63,663 bases of DNA, filler included, from Kipferlia bialata (GCA_003568945.1; 6 parts of 6 records of this genome joined end to end with filler, not necessarily neighbours in it); one strand, 5' to 3'. Positions 1 through 13,217 are shown, counted from the first letter of the whole stretch. A program made the numbers and translations. The notes: generated by a model from the letters alone, not told the origin.

Positions 1-62
1 CTTGGGCCCCCTCCCCCTTTCCCCCCCCCCCCCCCCCCCTTCCTCCATCTCCTGATGAGTAG

Positions 63-482
63 GTCTGAAGATACCTTGCTACATCCAGTTCTGGACAGGT
101 CAGGCCTGCCACATGGGGTCTCTGGCATTTGCCACATTCCTCTCCATAGAGGTCTATCGCTCAGTCACGTACTCAGTGCGGTGCACACCCAAGTACGGCA
201 TTCATTACATACATCTCTCTCTCTCTTGTGGATATATATATGCTTACCCCCCAGGTATGAGTGGCTGTACCTTCTGCTTGGGTTTGGCTACACTGCCCTG
301 TCTGCCACATCCATCCTGCTGGCAGGGGAGGTGGGGGTCCCTCTCTTGCTCTGTCTCTCTGCCCCCCCCCCCTCTCTCTCCCTTTCTGACTGTAGGTCTG
401 GTCGTGTGAGCCGGGTGACATGCTAGAGTGTCCCCACAGATACATATCAGCAGAGGCATCGTACTTTGGGTATGGGGTTGTG

Positions 483-513
<31 letters not shown>

Positions 514-1413
514 TTTACCCCTGTCCCTCCCCTCATTATGTACATACATATATACTAACTCTAGGTGCTACATTGAGTCCAAGTGGGCCATGCTCCGCAA
601 CCTCACCTTCGTCCTGCCGTGTCTGCTGCTGTCCATATGCTGCCTGTTCTGTTTTGTGGGGTCGCTGCTCCGTATCAGAAAGGCATTGGCATCTCACTCC
701 AAGGTGCGACTGTTGTATACGAGGGACTGTATGACTGGATCATCTGTTCCCAACCCGAGTATCTATATATCGTGTCTACCATATAAATATCACCCTGTCT
801 CACTGACCCTAGGTCCGTGCCTCCCGGCGTCTCCTCGTCATCACAGGCACTACCATCTGCCTCATCATAGTGCCCTGGCTCTACAGACTGGTCCAGTCCA
901 CAAGCACACACGGTGGGTCCATTGTATACATATATAGATCTATCTATATATATACCGGACTGTATTGTACACGGTGGGTCCAGTGATTCCAGTATTGTAG
1001 CCATCCAGTCTTCTATATAAATATTTCCAAGGCCCAGCCTCTGGATACGGTGTCTTACCCGTTACCCCGAACTCATCCCTCTCACCCCAGCCAGTGCACC
1101 CTGGTGGATCATTGTGTATCACTCCCTGGGCAATGGGTGGAACGGGGCAGTCAACGTGGTGCGTTTAACGCTTAATCCTTTCATCACACAATTACCGGAA
1201 GTGTTCATGCCCCCCCCCCCCCCCTCATGCCAGGTCCTTGCCTGGTGGAGACTAGGGGTGGTGAGGGACCTGAAGCAGAGGAGAAGGGACGGCAAGGCAG
1301 AGAGGGCCCTGCAGAGGACTCTGGATGCCAGGCATGGTGGAGGGTCTGTGCCGCACTCTCCGTCTGGCAGTGTGGGGGACGGCAGTGCCAAGGGGGAGGA
1401 GGTGTGGCTCTAG
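63..1413 (+). CDS. cAMP-receptor/GCR1-like 7TM G-protein-coupled receptor, 5'-truncated (TM3-TM7), 7 exons
   Basis: Hand-spliced GT-AG exons give LKIPCYIQFWTGQACHMGSLAFATFLSIEVY...KYEWLYLLLGFG...YFGCYIESKWAMLRNLTFVLP...IVPWLYRL...HSLGNGWNGAVNVVLAWW...EVWL* (TAG 1411-1413). The TM3 Cys, YE..Y TM4 entry, ECL2 CYI and TM7 H..G..N pattern resemble the Dictyostelium cAR/plant GCR1 family. Confidence 0.7.
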
Positions 1414-2018
1414 GGAGGGTGGGGTTGGACATACCCTGAGCCTATGAATACGAGGTTGTTTGTGACCTCACAATTATCATAACATATACGCCAGTTAACG
1501 TTCCATGTCGAATATATAGTTTATCATTATTGGAACCAACGCGCGTGGTGGCATACTCGGGTGCAATGAACATGTATAGTTAACTATGTACTGGCAAGGT
1601 ACAGTATGAGAATGAGAAGAAGGAAAGCTAGTGAAGAGTCTTCACTAGCTAGCATGTCGACAATACACTGATGACACTACTTGCTTTCCTCTGAGAGTAG
1701 TTTGGCCACATCGGTTTGTGAACCAATCTTTGGTTCAAGTAAATTATGTACTACATATGTATATGTGACGCCATATTATGGGCCCCATAAGATCACATAT
1801 ACTTTGGAATCTCCGCAGTCCCATATAACGCAGCCCTGGTTGTATGCAGAGATTCAGCCTTTCTCTCAGCAGATCATAATAGATCCAGATATTTCCATGT
1901 TTGCCACTATTACTCTTGACTCTACACTTAGAGTAGATCAAGGTGTCACTGTAATGAAGTCTACAATGCAAAAGATACGCTACCAGCCTCCAGCCTGGTC
2001 TCACTCAGAGACGTCGAG

Positions 2019-3047
2019 ATGACATTCCCCTCTTACAACACTGTTAGTGACGCAACCATGGTACTAAAGGCCTGGTATGACCACTACACACTGGCACTGC
2101 CTGACTCCACCTGCCTCCGGATAAGGATACAACTGGTCCCTCTGGAGTACAACACCGCTCTGTTGACATATCATGAGGGCGGCATCGGCCAACAATGGAG
2201 ACTGCTGGCACTGAATGGCGATCACACCGTCACAGAAACTCAGATGTGTGTTCCAGACTCCCTCGCTGCCATGTCCTATCCAACAATAGCCAGGGTAGGC
2301 AACCATGTAGTTGTCTACTGTGTGTACAGAGATGGCAACCTCTACGGCTCCTGCGTGTACATATACAACCTTGAGGATCAGTCGTGGGAGCAAATGACAG
2401 CAGTTGGAGAGGGTCCTCCTGCAAGGGAATATGGTGTCATGTTTCCACTATCAGACAACTTTGGGAACACCAGTGCCATTCTGACAGGAGGTGTCGATAG
2501 AAGTGACGAAGACAGACCACGTTTTACTGACGCCTGGCTACTTGACACCCAGTCCAAGCAGTGGACTCAGCTCAATGATCTGCCACGTTCACTTACGCTC
2601 CATGATACTTGGGTGTCTTTCAGCAATCACTATGTGATCATTAACACTATTCACCAGAGTTTTAGTGCTACTCTACAGGATGACACCCTTCACACTGCCT
2701 ATGAGGACACACTGTATTGCACCAGGGGAGAGAAAGTGCCATATTCGCTTATGCGCTCGCTTGGAAGCAACTGCAAGCGTGTTCTTCTGGGTCCCTTGGA
2801 GGACACATTCCTTCAAGCGAGAGACCACCTCAACATGTGTGCTGTCTGCCTCTATGATATAGTGTCCAATGAGATTACTACCGGGAAGCCACTACCTATA
2901 AGAGGATCTCTCTTCACCTGTGGTGCTGTTATGCTCAACCCGACCACAGCTCTTGTGGTGGGTGACAGACAGACGCTGGTGGTGGATGTGCTGCCAGGGA
3001 TACTAGACACAGACCCACATCCTATAACGGTAGGCAGAGAGAACTGA
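2019..3047 (+). CDS. Kelch-like beta-propeller protein, intronless
   Basis: 342-aa ORF with kelch-type repeats: ARVGNHVVVY..YIYNLEDQSWEQM..GEGPPAR and ILTGG...FTDAWLLDTQSKQWTQL. Confidence 0.7.
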   Translation: MTFPSYNTVSDATMVLKAWYDHYTLALPDSTCLRIRIQLVPLEYNTALLTYHEGGIGQQWRLLALNGDHTVTETQMCVPDSLAAMSYPTIARVGNHVVVYCVYRDGNLYGSCVYIYNLEDQSWEQMTAVGEGPPAREYGVMFPLSDNFGNTSAILTGGVDRSDEDRPRFTDAWLLDTQSKQWTQLNDLPRSLTLHDTWVSFSNHYVIINTIHQSFSATLQDDTLHTAYEDTLYCTRGEKVPYSLMRSLGSNCKRVLLGPLEDTFLQARDHLNMCAVCLYDIVSNEITTGKPLPIRGSLFTCGAVMLNPTTALVVGDRQTLVVDVLPGILDTDPHPITVGREN

Positions 3048-3956
3048 GTAACTGGCTTGAACGTGATGTACCTCTACCCCTCGTTATTGTCGGTTACTGA
3101 GAGTAGATGCTGATAGTGGTAGGCCTCTGTGATAGCCTGTTCTTAGAGCAGTGCTCTGAATATGATACTGGCCCAATTAATTGGGACTATACTGTGACAG
3201 TTTTACTGTAAGTGAAGTCAATAGACTAACAACAAGTATCATTGTAGAGGAGAGGCAGTGTGCTTCTTTTTCTGTCTCTAACCTGAATATAGTTGCAAAT
3301 ATCGGAGTCTCCTGGAATAGTGGACCACAAGACAGCTTTCTGTGACACTACTATGCTAAGTATCCATTGGTTTAGCCATTCCCTTTTCACTCCTTCAGGC
3401 TAGGCTGGAAGCGGACTCCACTTGAGGTCCTCGAGAGCAACATACAGGCTATCGAGGCCCAGAGAGAGATGTCCCAGGTGCAGTGGGTGCCAGGTCCATG
3501 TGGCCCACTTGTTCTGAAAACAATATATAGTTTACGACGTAAACTGTACGTAGGTGTTACAACTACGTAACAACCATGTATTATGTGTGAGGCTATAGGG
3601 TAGATTAACTGATACTGATACATACACGTATGCACAGTTAATGGTTGAGCATATAATTAGTATAATCACTATTACAGCAACAACACGGTGATTCATCGAT
3701 CTCATTATCACTGATACAAATCTAATACACTAATCCCACTGCAACCCGGTCGGGTTGCTAATGACCCACACTATCCCAATAAAACATCTGACACAGCAAG
3801 TTGCATCACTATCCCATTACTAATCGGTGGTATCATCAACACCCTCTGGATGCTCATTGAGCATTGCTCAACCACGTCATTCTCCCATTCTCAGAGCAAC
3901 CAGAAAGAGGTGCGACGTTCCCGACGAGTCTCACTCTCTCGGATACTCTCACTCCC

Positions 3957-6506
3957 TCAGCCCCGTGCCCTGTGACCCATGGGTCTAGGTGCCAGGGGGG
4001 CCAGGGAGGAGGGCTTCTTGGAGGCACAGGTGTCCTGTACCTTGCGCACAATCTCACATAAGGGGACAGGCTGGGGTAAGTAAGAGTATATAGTGAGGGA
4101 GAGATAGAGTGTCACTGAGTGGGAAACTAGGGGTCCTAGGATGACTGCCAGCGAAGGGCAATACACTGGACAATATTTAAATAGACACTCACGCACGTTG
4201 TCCGAACCGGTCTGCCCCATCTTCTCGTCGTAGAGGAACACAGGCATCTCCATGTCGATGTTGGCCTGAGACCCATACACTGCACGCACTATGTTGGAGA
4301 GATAGTCGTGGCGCATGAGCTCAGCACTCTTTGGACCCTTGTAGAAGAGCACGCACTGCACGTCTATGCCCCTAATGGCCCTGGTCATCTCAGTCACATG
4401 GACGTTGGGACGCTTGCCCTGCATGTAGGAGAAGACAACCTGGGGGGTTCCAGGCTTGGGCTTGGCACGGCGCAGAGCTGCCACGGCAGGAGGCAGGGAT
4501 GCAGGGTTCTTGGCGATGACTAGTGTGGCACCAGCCCCAGGCACCACACCCTCTGTCCACAGCTTGTCCAGACCGGCTAGACACTCCGGAGAGGCATGGC
4601 CTCCCAGCAGGTGCAGCTTGCCAGTAAGCACACCACTGCCAGCGGCTGATACGGGGGGAGGACGAGCCGCAGTAGGCTTGGTGGCCACCCTCTTGCGGGG
4701 TTGGGCCCTCTCAATAGTAGTAGGCACTGTCACTGGACGGGATGGGGATGGGGCTGGTTGTACTGACTTCCAACAGGTGGTGCACATACGTGTTACGTTC
4801 TCCACTGAATCTGACTCAGCCCCGACGTACACCAGCACAGGGGGGGCGGGTGCGTTAGGGCGGGTGGCGAGGGAGTGGGTGAAGAGGTCAGAGAGATGGG
4901 ACCGGAGGTTGCTCTGGACACCGCAACTCTCTGTGGCGGCCATGTCACACACCACAATGGCCTGGATAGTGGTGTGGTTGGGGAGAACCAGGGGGGAATA
5001 GTGCTGTAGACTAGAGTACAGCTCCACCACGTCTGGCCTGGGGTCCGTCTCAGGTGCCCCCCTGATGAGAATGGTCTTGCCCGTAGGCACTGCCATGGAC
5101 CTGAAGACCAGAGGGCCTCCCTTGACGATGGCCTCGGCCTCAGTCACCATGGCGGCACTAGCAGGGGCGCCAAAGACGTGACGGCACTGGGAGCCATCTC
5201 CATTGGGGATACTCAGTGGCCCTTGTGTGGCCTGTGCCTCACCCTCCCGCTCCACCTTCTCCTTCTCGTTCTGGACCTGGGTGAGTGGTCTGATGCAGTG
5301 GTTTAACGGATACGCTACCGGGTAAATGTACGAACCTCCTCCAGGTCCTGGCCGAATGTGGCGAAGAGGGGAGACCTCTGGCCAGACTGCTGGTGGTACC
5401 TGGAGTGAGGGCAGTGAGAGAGTTAGAGAGTGGAAGGGGAAGAGAAAGGTTGTAAGGACATACACGTACTCGTTATCCAGGCTCTTCATCTGCTGCAGCA
5501 CTGAAAGGGGAATGGTGTGCAGCATCCGGGTGTGGTAGGCCTGGAGTCAGTGGGGATAGACTCACTCCCAGCACCAGAGCTATCTCTCTCTTAGACATAA
5601 CTCCTAATACCAGGGGATAGTGCTCTCTGTAAGTGTATGGGTGTACAGTGTCATACCTTCCTCTGCTCCTCCTTGACAGCCTGTACCATGTCAAGAAGCT
5701 GAGCACAGTTGGGGCGCTTGTTGGGGTTGCGCTGGTAAAAGAGGAGGAGCATTAGACGAGTCATGCGGCTATGGACATACTGCTAGATTGAAGTACCTCG
5801 AGCATACTGTTGACAATCGCAGCAACACCAGGGATACCGGTCTCCTCGTCTGTGAGACGCCTGGGCTGAGAGAGGGAGCATCAGAGGGAGGGCATTGCCT
5901 TAAAGGGAGACTAGTCAGCAAATACAAATTAGCATCCCATAGACACTGATCATACTTCAGTATCGACACCACTACCTAGCAGGGACAGGGAGAGAGAGCC
6001 TGGCCACCAGGGCCTTCACACTCTGTGGGTTCCCTAGCACACACTCAGGGGTGATCATCTGGGGTGGGGGTGGGGTCAGGGGATAGCCATGAAGACAGCA
6101 GGAGTGAGTCTGAAGAAGAAAAGGAAGCGTTGAGTTTTGGCGATTAGGTGGTCAGATACTGCTGCAGAATGAGAAAGCGATCTCCCTCACCGTGCTGAGT
6201 GTAATACCGAGGGCCCATATGTCAATGGACAGCCCATACCCCTGGCCGTTGATGGACTTTTGCTTCTGATGGTGGGAAAGTGAGAGGAAGAGAAACCACG
6301 GGGGGGGGGAGGGGAAGAGAGACAGAGAGAGAAATACTATGCAAATAGAGTGAAAACCAATGGCATGGGCCTCTCCAAGCATTGTGGTTCTGTAAAGAGA
6401 TGATACTTGGTACTGTACATACTGTAAATAGCAACGATATGACAGATCCGCTTACCTCTGGGGCACTATAGATGGGAGACACACAGTCGTAGGTGATGGC
6501 AAGTGT
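3957..6506 (-). CDS. Ser/Thr protein kinase with long C-terminal extension, N-lobe lost at the contig end
   Basis: Exons encode SPIYSAPE (subdomain VIII, 6456-6506), GYGLSIDIWALG (IX) and MLE-RNPNKRPNCAQLL (XI). They splice in frame into the large exon of about 4196-5277 and a terminal exon ending TGA at 3957. Confidence 0.8.
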
Positions 6507-6631
6507 CTGAAGGTCAGCCGTAGGGAAGAGTAGGGGGGGGGGGGGATACGCGTACACTCTTATAAACATATAGGTCTCATACTTATCATGTTGGACACTC
6601 TATCCTTGCCGGAAGTGAGATATAGAGAGAT

Positions 6632-6684
<53 letters not shown>

Positions 6685-6784
6685 NNNNNNNNNNNNNNNN
6701 NNNNNNNNNNNNNNNNNNNNNNNNNNNNTTAATTAATTAANNNNNNNNNNNNNNNNNNNNNNNNNNNNNNNNNNNNNNNNNNNN
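6685..6784. other. Artificial contig linker (N44-TTAATTAATTAA-N44)
   Basis: Exact 100-nt pattern with stops in all six frames, repeated five times in the window. Confidence 0.98.
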
Positions 6785-6799
6785 CCCAAGCCACCCCCC

Positions 6800-6833
<34 letters not shown>

Positions 6834-6900
6834 ATACAAATATCAATATATAAATACAACAATGCTCAAACAATTCACGATACATATGTGTCTAGCATAC

Positions 6901-9856
6901 CTCGACCGCTTGCATCACAGGTAGGCGACCCACATTACGGCCTGAGAGTAAAAGTGTGTAACTATGAGGGGGATACATAACAATAGAAGAGACTTCCTAC
7001 ATTCATCGTTGCAACCATGTATATGCATACCCACCCGTGTGTTTGTAGTCTACACTGTGCCAACGGGGGTCGAACCAGGCCTCGACAATCTGGCCTGGGT
7101 CAGAGACAGTATCAGTTACAAAATCACAGTAGTAACCCACCATTGTGGTTCTCGAGCTTGGCATAGTCTGCCTTGTCCTTGGGTATGACCCCTGCCACCC
7201 CCAGGCTGTGTCTGCCCATGGAGATGATGCCCCGCTCCGCAATGTGCAGCCTGGGGTGGGGGTGCACATAGTGTATATATACACATGATACTGGACAAGG
7301 CCCTTTTTAGCGATGAGAATGTTCGGTCGGTGGAATAATGGGAGACTCACACGGTGGAAACTCTACAGATAATGTAGAGAGTAAGTGCAGTCAATAATTG
7401 GAATATGCAAACACACCAATGAGTGCTACCTGAACAGTTGGATGCTCTTCTTCTCATTGGATGTGGCGTCGATGTACTTGAGAAACAACACTCTCAGCTG
7501 GAAATCAACTGTGTTCTGATTCAGAGGTTTCCACTTCAGACTAGAGGTGAGTATGCGTATATATCACGGGTAGACAGGGACCAAACCAAATTCTTATGAA
7601 TACACCCAAGTATGAGTCAAAATTGTCAATAGTTCCAGGCAACTACAAATAGAGACAGCACATGTACAGACTCTAACAGCTACATCCGTAAGGAACTCAC
7701 GTACATTCTGAAGCATGTGCCGTTCACATATGGGTCCATCCTGGGGGTCAAAATGACACCGTCTGTGCGGTGGGGCAGCCTGGGGATGACCTTGTCGAAC
7801 AGACCCCTCACCAGGGTCTGGGGTTGGAAGGAGTCCGACACGCTAGGGTATATGACTAGAACTATCCACTAAAACTAACCACTAGGACTACACGAGTGTG
7901 TACATCAATGCAGCGATAAGCAATGCAATGAGACAGACAACAACACCAGGTCCAGCGCCTGACACTGACAAGTATAACGACACCGATACCTTCTTAAACA
8001 TGGCCTTCTGCACAATGTGTATCAGAGGGGCCTGGGACCTTTGCCGCTGTGCCTTGGAGGTCCCCTCCGGCTGCACAATCCCACTAGAAGTGAGAAGCAG
8101 AGACCCACACACACATACTCTACTCAACACCAACAGACACCCACATGAAACACTTCAACTAGTACCCACTACACCACACCCACTGCTCATACATACTGTG
8201 TCATACATACTGTGTCATACATACTGTCCACTCACCCTGTCTTCGACGCGTCCATCTGCTGGAGGAGCTTGGCGTAGACACCTGAGTAAGAGGGAATAGG
8301 GAAGACAGGGTGACAGGGGCATATGAGGGAAACGAAACAACTCTAGTACAAGTGTCGAAACCCACGACTACTCCAGGTTGAGAGACATGGATGAATGCTC
8401 CATGATAACCATGATACAGATATATACATCACAATAACAGGGTAGATATACCTGCAATGACCTCTGCAGCCTGGAGACGCTTCATAAGGTCTCGGTTCAC
8501 AAGTGGGGAAGACCTGTGGCATTAGTATCAGTTCATATCAGAAACAATTAACATGCTCACATCCACCATGCTAACACAGCGGTCTCTCGCAGAACAACGC
8601 TAGGATTGAAGCATCTCATTGCCATTCAAGTGAACTCAACAACCATACCAATATGAACACATATGTATGTATATGTATGTAAATGTATGTACATGTATAC
8701 CTGTAGTGCAGGGCATCGAACACATAGAACCTGGGGTACACTCGTCCAGATCTGAGGTGAGAGGAGACGCAAGTACAGAGGGCAAAGTGAATCTCTCAAA
8801 ACCCCAGGAACATATATCAATGTACCCAACGATGTCGATCTCCCTTCTGAATACATATATCACCAGTATCAGTATATATATTAGATACTGATACTACCTC
8901 CTGGATACATCTATCACGAGTTCCCCATCGAGAAGGGTCTGGTCCGGAAAGTTACGTCCTGGAATCAGAAGACCTTTTTTCCTCATCAGAGATATATAAT
9001 ACATAATGAATAATCACTGGTGCCTGTCATTCTCTCAGGCACAATGGAGAGACAGGGTTGTGATACCCAGAAGCACCAATATATCCAGCCACTCCCATAT
9101 ACCTGTCAGCAACTGCCTGATGGCATATATGTCCCACTCCCTCCCTACTAAGAAACAGGTGGGGCCAGGGCGTACGTGCTCCATTCCTGATAGAGTCAGA
9201 AACCATGATAATACTTAATGGGTGCGCAACTGAACAATCTAGTCCACGAGAGATAGGACTCTTGAGTAGAGACAGTGTATGTATGGTGGGGCTATACCTC
9301 TGGGCACAACTGCAAACAGCATCAAGAACCGGGTGCCATCTGTCTTCTCACACACTCTGAAGTCCTCAGCCCTCAGAGCCGCAAAGTTATCGAAGCTCAG
9401 GGCCACGGGCTGCCCCCCTGGGAAGAAGGTCTGGGGTGGGGTCATATATATGTGGTGATATACATATATATATATGGTGAGGACACTGGCGCAGCTATCA
9501 GGGAACTAGTCAAGACATACACTTCCATTCCAGTGGGAGGGGTCACTGAGGGAGAGCCGGCACACAAGAGTCCTGCCATCAGTGAGTACAATAGACATAT
9601 ATAATGCAGCAACAACGGATCAAGGTACTTGTAAATAGGCATAAATGGAGCAACACCATGTAGGTTCACACATAGATTCCCAGATACTCTATCGATCCGC
9701 TACAAATACTTGAAGTTCAATTGGCGATTGCTTTGTAAGCTCTGTTGGGATCTAAGACCTGAGTGGCCGCTATAGAACAGTGTACCTGACCCACTCCTTG
9801 AGCTGCTGACTGTGGACCTGGAAGTGCTTCCGAACCAGGTCTAGCTCAGCTGGCAT
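6901..9856 (-). CDS. CEG1: mRNA capping enzyme, RNA guanylyltransferase (Ceg1-type), multi-exon, 3'-truncated
   Basis: Spliced exons give nucleotidyltransferase motifs in order: FPGGQPV...VCEKTDGTR (I, KxDG), TLLDGELV (III), FYVFDAL (IIIa), HRTDGVILTP (IV), LKWKPLNQNTVDF (V), then OB-fold GQIVEAWFD. The start codon at 9856 (MPAELDLVRK) is tentative. Confidence 0.92.
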
Positions 9857-10075
9857 AACTCACCTATCCCACCTGCTCCTATGCACCAACAGACTCTTAT
9901 CTGATCAAGAATAGCACAGTGTCTGTCTGTGAAGACACACTGTCAGCCACTGACTCACATTCATTGGAGTGAACCCTTATTGAAAGAAATCAGACGACTG
10001 TAAAACGGCTAGTCCGCGCCAAGCACTCTCACTACCAATCTCCGGTACTGGCATTGGTGTTGTGTCTGGGACGGG

Positions 10076-12205
10076 ATGGATAGTCCCAGCATAGAGCTGA
10101 GTGAGGTTTCGCTGAGTGAGGTCTCCGATGCAGATGCTGGGAAGAACGAGGTGAGGGAGAGACTTGCCAGGCGGCGACAGCTCTTCAGCCCCAAGTACAA
10201 GAAGAGAGAGAGCATGGAGAGAAAGGGAAGGGAGGTTGGGGGCCCTGGATCCGGTGCCATCACTGATAGTGTGGACTCTGGCGCAGCTAGTATGCATGCT
10301 GGTGTGGATCGTCACATTCATGACTCTGCAGACGTCTCGGGCCATGACTCTGTTGACGTGTCGGCTGTGCTGATGGACGAGGACTCCCTAGGGTACACCC
10401 TGAGTCCACAGAGGGAGGGGAGAGATGTGGTGCGCGAGGGGGCTGGCCCTGATGACTGGACGGAGGGTACCGCAGACTACATGCCGAGTGACATTACAGT
10501 GCAGGCAGATGCATCTGGTGAGGGAGAGACAGTATCAGCGTTAGAATCACCCCTGGGGTCTCGGCCTCTGTCGCCCTCGGGTTTTGGTCTGAGTGATGTC
10601 CGGAACCCCCAAGTTGACCTGTGTGGGGATGGGTTCTCGGGGGTATCGGTATCAGTCGACTCGCACACAGTGAGTGCCAAGACAGAGTCCCCCGCCCGTC
10701 CAGGCCCCCCAGAGGATACCAGGGCTCACTCCCTAGGGACTCACTCCCCAGGGGAGGAGCGGTCCTCTCCACTGCGAGGTGAGGTGAGGGTAGACATCCC
10801 GGATGACATACCGAGTGAGGGGGAGGAAGAGAGTGAGGGGGAGAGTGAAGGTGCTCGGCTTGCAGGTGTCGTCAGTGCGGTCTATGGGCCCGTGCTCTCC
10901 AGCCTCAAGAAGCACCTTAAGCCGCAGGGGCAGGAAGCCCTGGCGGCACTGGCGGCCAGGCTCGTCACTCAGGAGCGGATCATCGCAGACTTGCAGGTAC
11001 AGTATCAGTATCAGTCTTGCCCTTGCTTGGTTCTATATATTCTTTGTCATGACTATTCTCATTATCGTTACACTTCTCTTAGTTAGCCTGACATAGTATT
11101 CTGTTCCGATATTTGGTGAACATCACGCTATTGATATATGTTTTGCAGTCGTGTGAGTGTGTTCCTATAAGTAGTGAGTGAGTGACACCATGACCAGCAT
11201 ATGTCTATATTTATATATGTCTATATATATATATTGGTATCTATATTGCTACATATGAATCTGGTACTGACAACCAGATAGACGCCCAGCAGAAGTACTC
11301 GCAGCGGAAGAGTCAGTCGCAGCAGTCTGCCCTCCAGTCCACATACATGGCTGAGGTGGGGCACCAGGTGGTGCACCCCAGGGTCTCCCAGGACAGGGAA
11401 GAGCTGGACCGACTGCGCCGAGAGCTGTCCAACAGACAGAGTGCCTGTAACAAGGCAGAGGCCAGGGCGGCAGAGCTGGACAAGGTAGGGGCATGGTATG
11501 TGCCGCTCTACTTCTGTAGCAGATAGGAGTCTTGATGGTGCCCTGACGTCAGGAATGTGCGCACCTCCGGTCCGTCCAGGCAAGTGGCGAGGGGCCAGCC
11601 CTGCGAGTGTTGAGAGACGCAGTTAGAGACACCCTAGGTATATATTTTCTTCCAATGTATTCTTATTGTCGTTACAATCGTAACCCAGGTTGTCTCCAGA
11701 GGCGTCTCAGCATGCTTGGAGACAGGCTCAGAAACGCAGCCTTGGTGGGCCATTTGGACCCCCAAGAGGCCATAAGCCAGGTACGTCGATTTGGGGGGGG
11801 GGGGGGGGGGGGGGGTTTTGTGGGGGGGGGGGGGGGGGGGGTTAGTTACAACCTTGCATATCGATGTAAAACCAGACCCCACTACTTCTGCACTATACAA
11901 GTGATATACAAGCAAAACAGTGCACTCTGAAGTGTAGGGCGGTCTCTCTCCCATTCGCCACTCAACACCCCCCAACTGTACAAAATCCAAATATACTCAT
12001 ATATATATCCATGAATACACTCTGCTCCTACATAGTGCATCATTTGCCTATATGAATGCATACATATATGTATACACATACCTACAGATGCGCCGAGTGC
12101 ATACACCAGGTGTGTCTTGCCGGCATTGAGACCCAGCACACCCTGCCTCGTGCCACTGAAGCCAAGCACGTGTTCCAGCACCAGACTCATTATCTAATGT
12201 ACTAG
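10076..12205 (+). CDS. Hypothetical protein: acidic/Ser-rich N-terminal region plus coiled coil
   Basis: Long first exon (10076 to about 10996) splices in frame to IDAQQKY...EELDRLRRELSNRQSACNKAEARAAELDK, ECAHLRS... and GCLQRRLSMLGDRL. The last exon lies beyond a poly-G tract and is uncertain. Confidence 0.6.
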
Positions 12206-12574
12206 CAGACAGTCTAGGTACTAGGGTAGAGGTATGGAAAGCACAAGTCGATATTTGCGTCGAATCAAAAACAAGTTCTTGGACCCTTATCTCAGCTCCA
12301 GAAGAAAAACACGCAAATAAACCCTTTTGTCGTTGCGTTTCAAACGAGTCTTACTAGTACTAGCAGACAGCCTCGGTACGGGTATAGGGTGTGAGGTATG
12401 GAGAGCAGGTCGATGAATTTGTAGATGAAAAAACACTATCTTATTTGGTCATATAAACCCTTTGCCCAGATGTCAAAAGGGTTTACATGACCAAAAGAAG
12501 AGCTGTGTAACACAGCCTGTGTTGACCCCTCCTCTACACGGTGATAGGCTCTCTTCACCTTGTGTCAGGCCGCT

Positions 12575-13006
12575 ATGTTCGAGTTTAGCCCTGTGGATAT
12601 AGGCCACAAGGCTGCAGGGTCATGCGAAGTGGTTGACCTTGGTGTTCGGAGCGAGGGAGATGAGAGAGGTGGTGTTAGCGACGTCATGGTGCTGGGTCAG
12701 AACTCTGTGTCTCCCAAGATCAACTGCGTCATTGTGAGCTATGACACTGCCACCAAGAAGGCTGCTACTAAGGTGGTGTCCTGTCCCATACCCATTGGGG
12801 AGAGGGTTAGTATCCATGCGACAAGGGTGGGAGAGAGTGTGCTGGCCTACAGTCAGAAGAGGGGAGAGAGCAAGGGCACTCTCTACAGGTACTGCATCAA
12901 GGAGAGTGACTGGACAACAGTCCAGCAGAATGGAGAGTGTCCTGACTGTGAGTATGTGGTGGACATGTTCACACTGGGTGACAGGGTGCACCTTGCTGGG
13001 GGGAAG
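12575..13006 (+). CDS. Kelch-like protein, first exon only; same family as 2019-3047
   Basis: HATRVGESVLAY...LYRYCIKESDWTTVQQNGECP...MFTLGDRVHLAGGK followed by a gtatgg donor. It parallels ARVGNHVVVY...YIYNLEDQSWEQMTAVGEGP of the 2019 ORF. Confidence 0.6.
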
Positions 13007-13112
13007 GTATGGCTATATCCACTCTCTTTCCGGTGGGTTCCTTCCTATGTATTGATATTTCTAAAAATACACCCCTAAGATTCTCCTGCAGTGGATCCGT
13101 TGTCTTTCTACG

Positions 13113-13144
<32 letters not shown>

Positions 13145-13217
13145 ACCCCCCCCCCCCCCCCTCCCCCCCCCCCCCCCCCCCCCCCTCTCTCTCTTCTCTC
13201 TCATGCACTCAACCCAG

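Noticed and set aside
1681..2022. ORF overlapping the kelch start by ATGA (prokaryote-like coupling or frameshift)
   Set aside because: It starts at TTG and has no recognisable motif. A chance ORF or degraded 5' extension cannot be told apart from sequence alone.
3399..3477. Isolated plus-strand exon-like segment (LGWKRTPLEVLESNIQAIEAQREMSQ)
   Set aside because: No partner exons were found on either side, so it cannot be supported as a gene.
6685..6784. TTAATTAATTAA within N runs, five copies
   Set aside because: Synthetic six-frame-stop linker. Adjacency across it has no biological meaning.
6901..9856. Capping enzyme as a sign of an endogenous giant virus or linear plasmid
   Set aside because: It has many host-type introns, cellular Ceg1-like motifs and no viral neighbours.
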